A stretch of DNA of 64,000 nt from Candidatus Eiseniibacteriota bacterium. GTDB lineage: Bacteria > Eisenbacteria > RBG-16-71-46 > JABDJR01. This document shows positions 62,012 to 64,000 of this stretch, one piece after another. The translations under genes were made by a program, and so were the position numbers. How positions within the stretch are numbered: position 1 is the first letter of the stretch; each line of letters starts with the position of its first letter. Location of the stretch: positions 160,001-224,000 of the forward strand of contig CAWANH010000003.1 of NCBI GenBank assembly GCA_963783375.1. Reading direction: 5' to 3'. The notes below the pieces were generated by a model. The model saw only the letters and a list, made by a program, of their open reading frames with translations, made no database searches and was not told the DNA's origin.

Positions 62012-63379
62012 TCAATCCGGAAGCTCTTCCAGCCGGGCGGTGAAGTGCCTGAGCACCGGCGCGGCGTAGGTCAATCGCAGTCCCCGGATCCGCTCCTTCT
62101 CCTGGAGCAGGCGGATGACCGAGTCGGCCACGTAATCCATCTGCATGGTGGTATAGACCCTCCGCGGAACGGCGAGTCGCACCATCTCGAGCTTGGGATA
62201 GACCGGCTCTCCGTTCTCCTCGCGGCCGAACATGAGGGAGCCGATCTCCACCGTGCGGATCCCCGCCTCCCGATAGAGGGCCACGGCCAGGGCCTGGGCC
62301 GGAAAGCGTGACTGGGAAATGTGGGGGAGGAAGGCGCGGGCGTTCAGGTAGATGGCGTGGCCCCCGAAGGGGCGGAGCACCGGCACCGAGGCCTCGACCA
62401 AGCGCTCACCGAGGCGGCGGACCTGGCCCACACGGTACTCGAGATAGGCTTCGTCGGTGACCTCGATCAGCCCCTGGGCGATGGCCTCGAGGTCGCGCCC
62501 GGCCAGACCGCCGTAGGTGGGGAATCCCTCGACCAGGATCAGGAGATTGGTGATTTCCCGGGCGGTTTCGTCGTCGTTCAGACAGAGGAATCCCCCCATG
62601 TTCACCAGGCCGTCCTTCTTGGCGCTCATGGTGCACCCGTCGCCCAGGGAGAACATCTCCCTGGCGATCTCCAGCACGCTCCTGTTCCCGCAGCCCCGTT
62701 CCCGCTCCTTGATGAACCAGGCGTTCTCGGCGAAACGGCAGGCGTCGAAGATGAGGGGAACGCCGTGCCGGCGGGTTACCTCGCGCACCTTGCGGATGTT
62801 CTCGAGGCTGACCGGCTGGCCCCCGCCCGAGTTGTTGGTGACGGTGAGCATCACCATGGGAACGCGCTCCCGGCCGTATTCCTCGAGGACCGCATCCAGG
62901 CGCGCCACGTCCATGTTCCCCTTGAAGGGGTGCTCGGCGTCGGGATCGTGACCCTCGGGAATCACGCAATCCAGGGCGACCCCTCCGTTGTGCTCCACGT
63001 TGGCCCGGGTGGTGTCGAAGTGGATGTTGTTGGGCACCACCATCCCCGGCTTGACCCGCACCGAGAACAGGAGGTTCTCGGCCACCCGTCCCTGATGGGT
63101 GGGGATGACGTGTTTGAAGCCGAAGATGCTCCGCACCACTTCCTCGAAACGGTAGTAGGAGCGGCTGCCGGCGTAGGCCTCGTCCCCCACCATCAGCGCC
63201 GCCCATTGACGGTCGCTCATGGCCGAGGTCCCCGAATCGGTGAGGAGATCGATGAAGATCTTCTCCGAGGGCACGTTGAAGAGGTTGAGTCCGGCTTCCC
63301 GGATGATGGCTTCACGCTCCTCCGGGGAAGGGAGGGCGATCTTCTCCACGACCTTGATGCGGAACGGTTCTATCAGCAT
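62012..63379 (-). CDS. tnaA: Tryptophanase (beta-eliminating lyase; tyrosine phenol-lyase not excluded)
   Basis: EPFRIKVVE, DLLTDSGT, GDEAYAGS, SAKKDG PLP lysine, EGFPTYGGL and LRHFTA. Confidence 0.88.
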   Translation of the reverse strand: MLIEPFRIKVVEKIALPSPEEREAIIREAGLNLFNVPSEKIFIDLLTDSGTSAMSDRQWAALMVGDEAYAGSRSYYRFEEVVRSIFGFKHVIPTHQGRVAENLLFSVRVKPGMVVPNNIHFDTTRANVEHNGGVALDCVIPEGHDPDAEHPFKGNMDVARLDAVLEEYGRERVPMVMLTVTNNSGGGQPVSLENIRKVREVTRRHGVPLIFDACRFAENAWFIKERERGCGNRSVLEIAREMFSLGDGCTMSAKKDGLVNMGGFLCLNDDETAREITNLLILVEGFPTYGGLAGRDLEAIAQGLIEVTDEAYLEYRVGQVRRLGERLVEASVPVLRPFGGHAIYLNARAFLPHISQSRFPAQALAVALYREAGIRTVEIGSLMFGREENGEPVYPKLEMVRLAVPRRVYTTMQMDYVADSVIRLLQEKERIRGLRLTYAAPVLRHFTARLEELPD

Positions 63380-63447
63380 GATTGGTTCGGTGGGCCCCGG
63401 CCCCCCGCCTCCTCGACCGGCCCCGGGGCTCCGCCCCGGCCGCCGGC

Positions 63448-64000
63448 TTATCGGTTGTCGATCTGGGCGCGCTGCAACTTGCCGCTGTAGTCGATGTACA
63501 CCGCCTTCCACTCCGTGAAGACGTCCAGCACGGTGTGAGAGGCCTCGCGATGACCGTTCCCGGTGTCCTTCACCCCGCCGAAGGGCAGGTGAACCTCGGC
63601 CCCGATGGTGGGCCCGTTCACGTAGGTGATGCCGGCCTCGATGTCCCGGATGGCCCGCATCGCCCGCCCCACGTCCCGCGTGTAGATCGACGAGGAGAGC
63701 CCGTAGGCGGTTTCGTTCAGCACGTGGATCGCTTCCTCGAAGGAATCCACGGTGATCACCGAGAGGACCGGTCCGAAAATCTCCTCCTGGGCGATGCGCA
63801 TGGACGGCCTGACGTTATCAAAGATCGTGGGGGCGTAGAAGAACCCCCGGGCGAGATCCCCCCGGGTGACGGGCTCCCCCCCGCACAGGAGTTCCGCCCC
63901 CTCCTTCCGGCCGACGGCCACGTAGTCCGCCACCCGGCGCCGTTGCGCCTCGCTGATCAGGGGGCCGACCTGGGTGGATTCGTCGAAGCCGTTCCCCAAC
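63448..64000 (-). CDS. Aldehyde dehydrogenase, 5'-truncated by the window edge
   Basis: EEIFGPV, YGLSSSIYT and PFGGVKDTGNG. Confidence 0.92.
   Translation of the reverse strand, partial: LGNGFDESTQVGPLISEAQRRRVADYVAVGRKEGAELLCGGEPVTRGDLARGFFYAPTIFDNVRPSMRIAQEEIFGPVLSVITVDSFEEAIHVLNETAYGLSSSIYTRDVGRAMRAIRDIEAGITYVNGPTIGAEVHLPFGGVKDTGNGHREASHTVLDVFTEWKAVYIDYSGKLQRAQIDNR

Overview
High-GC bacterial chromosomal window. The many FlgD-like C-terminal sorting domains and expanded kinase-TPR proteins suggest an FCB-affiliated candidate phylum such as Eisenbacteria or Krumholzibacteria (inference). Housekeeping genes include pgi, a stand-alone EF-G1-type fusA, ssb, an smpB-amidase-GerMN-murI-rph-rdgB operon, ppdK, a tryptophanase and a sirtuin. 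There are five tRNAs (Lys, Pro, His, Arg, Leu) and a tmRNA. An accessory block (16.5-29.1 kb) lies downstream of the tmRNA 3' end and holds three paralogous Ser/Thr kinase-TPR genes, secreted beta-propellers and a DUF2089 pair. The main oddities are: (1) three perfect 81-bp tandem repeats that each re-create the tmRNA 3'-CCA end on a hairpin; (2) a shared C-terminal (S/T)WGxxKxxY motif on two unrelated secreted proteins, a candidate export or sorting signal alongside T9SS-like C-terminal domains; (3) an intact LeuC/aconitase-like ORF that has lost nearly all catalytic residues and Fe-S ligands; (4) EF-G1 paired with an uncharacterised RecA/KaiC-like ATPase. At least seven genes carry frameshifts that are probably sequencing indels. 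No CRISPR array, integrase or transposase was found.
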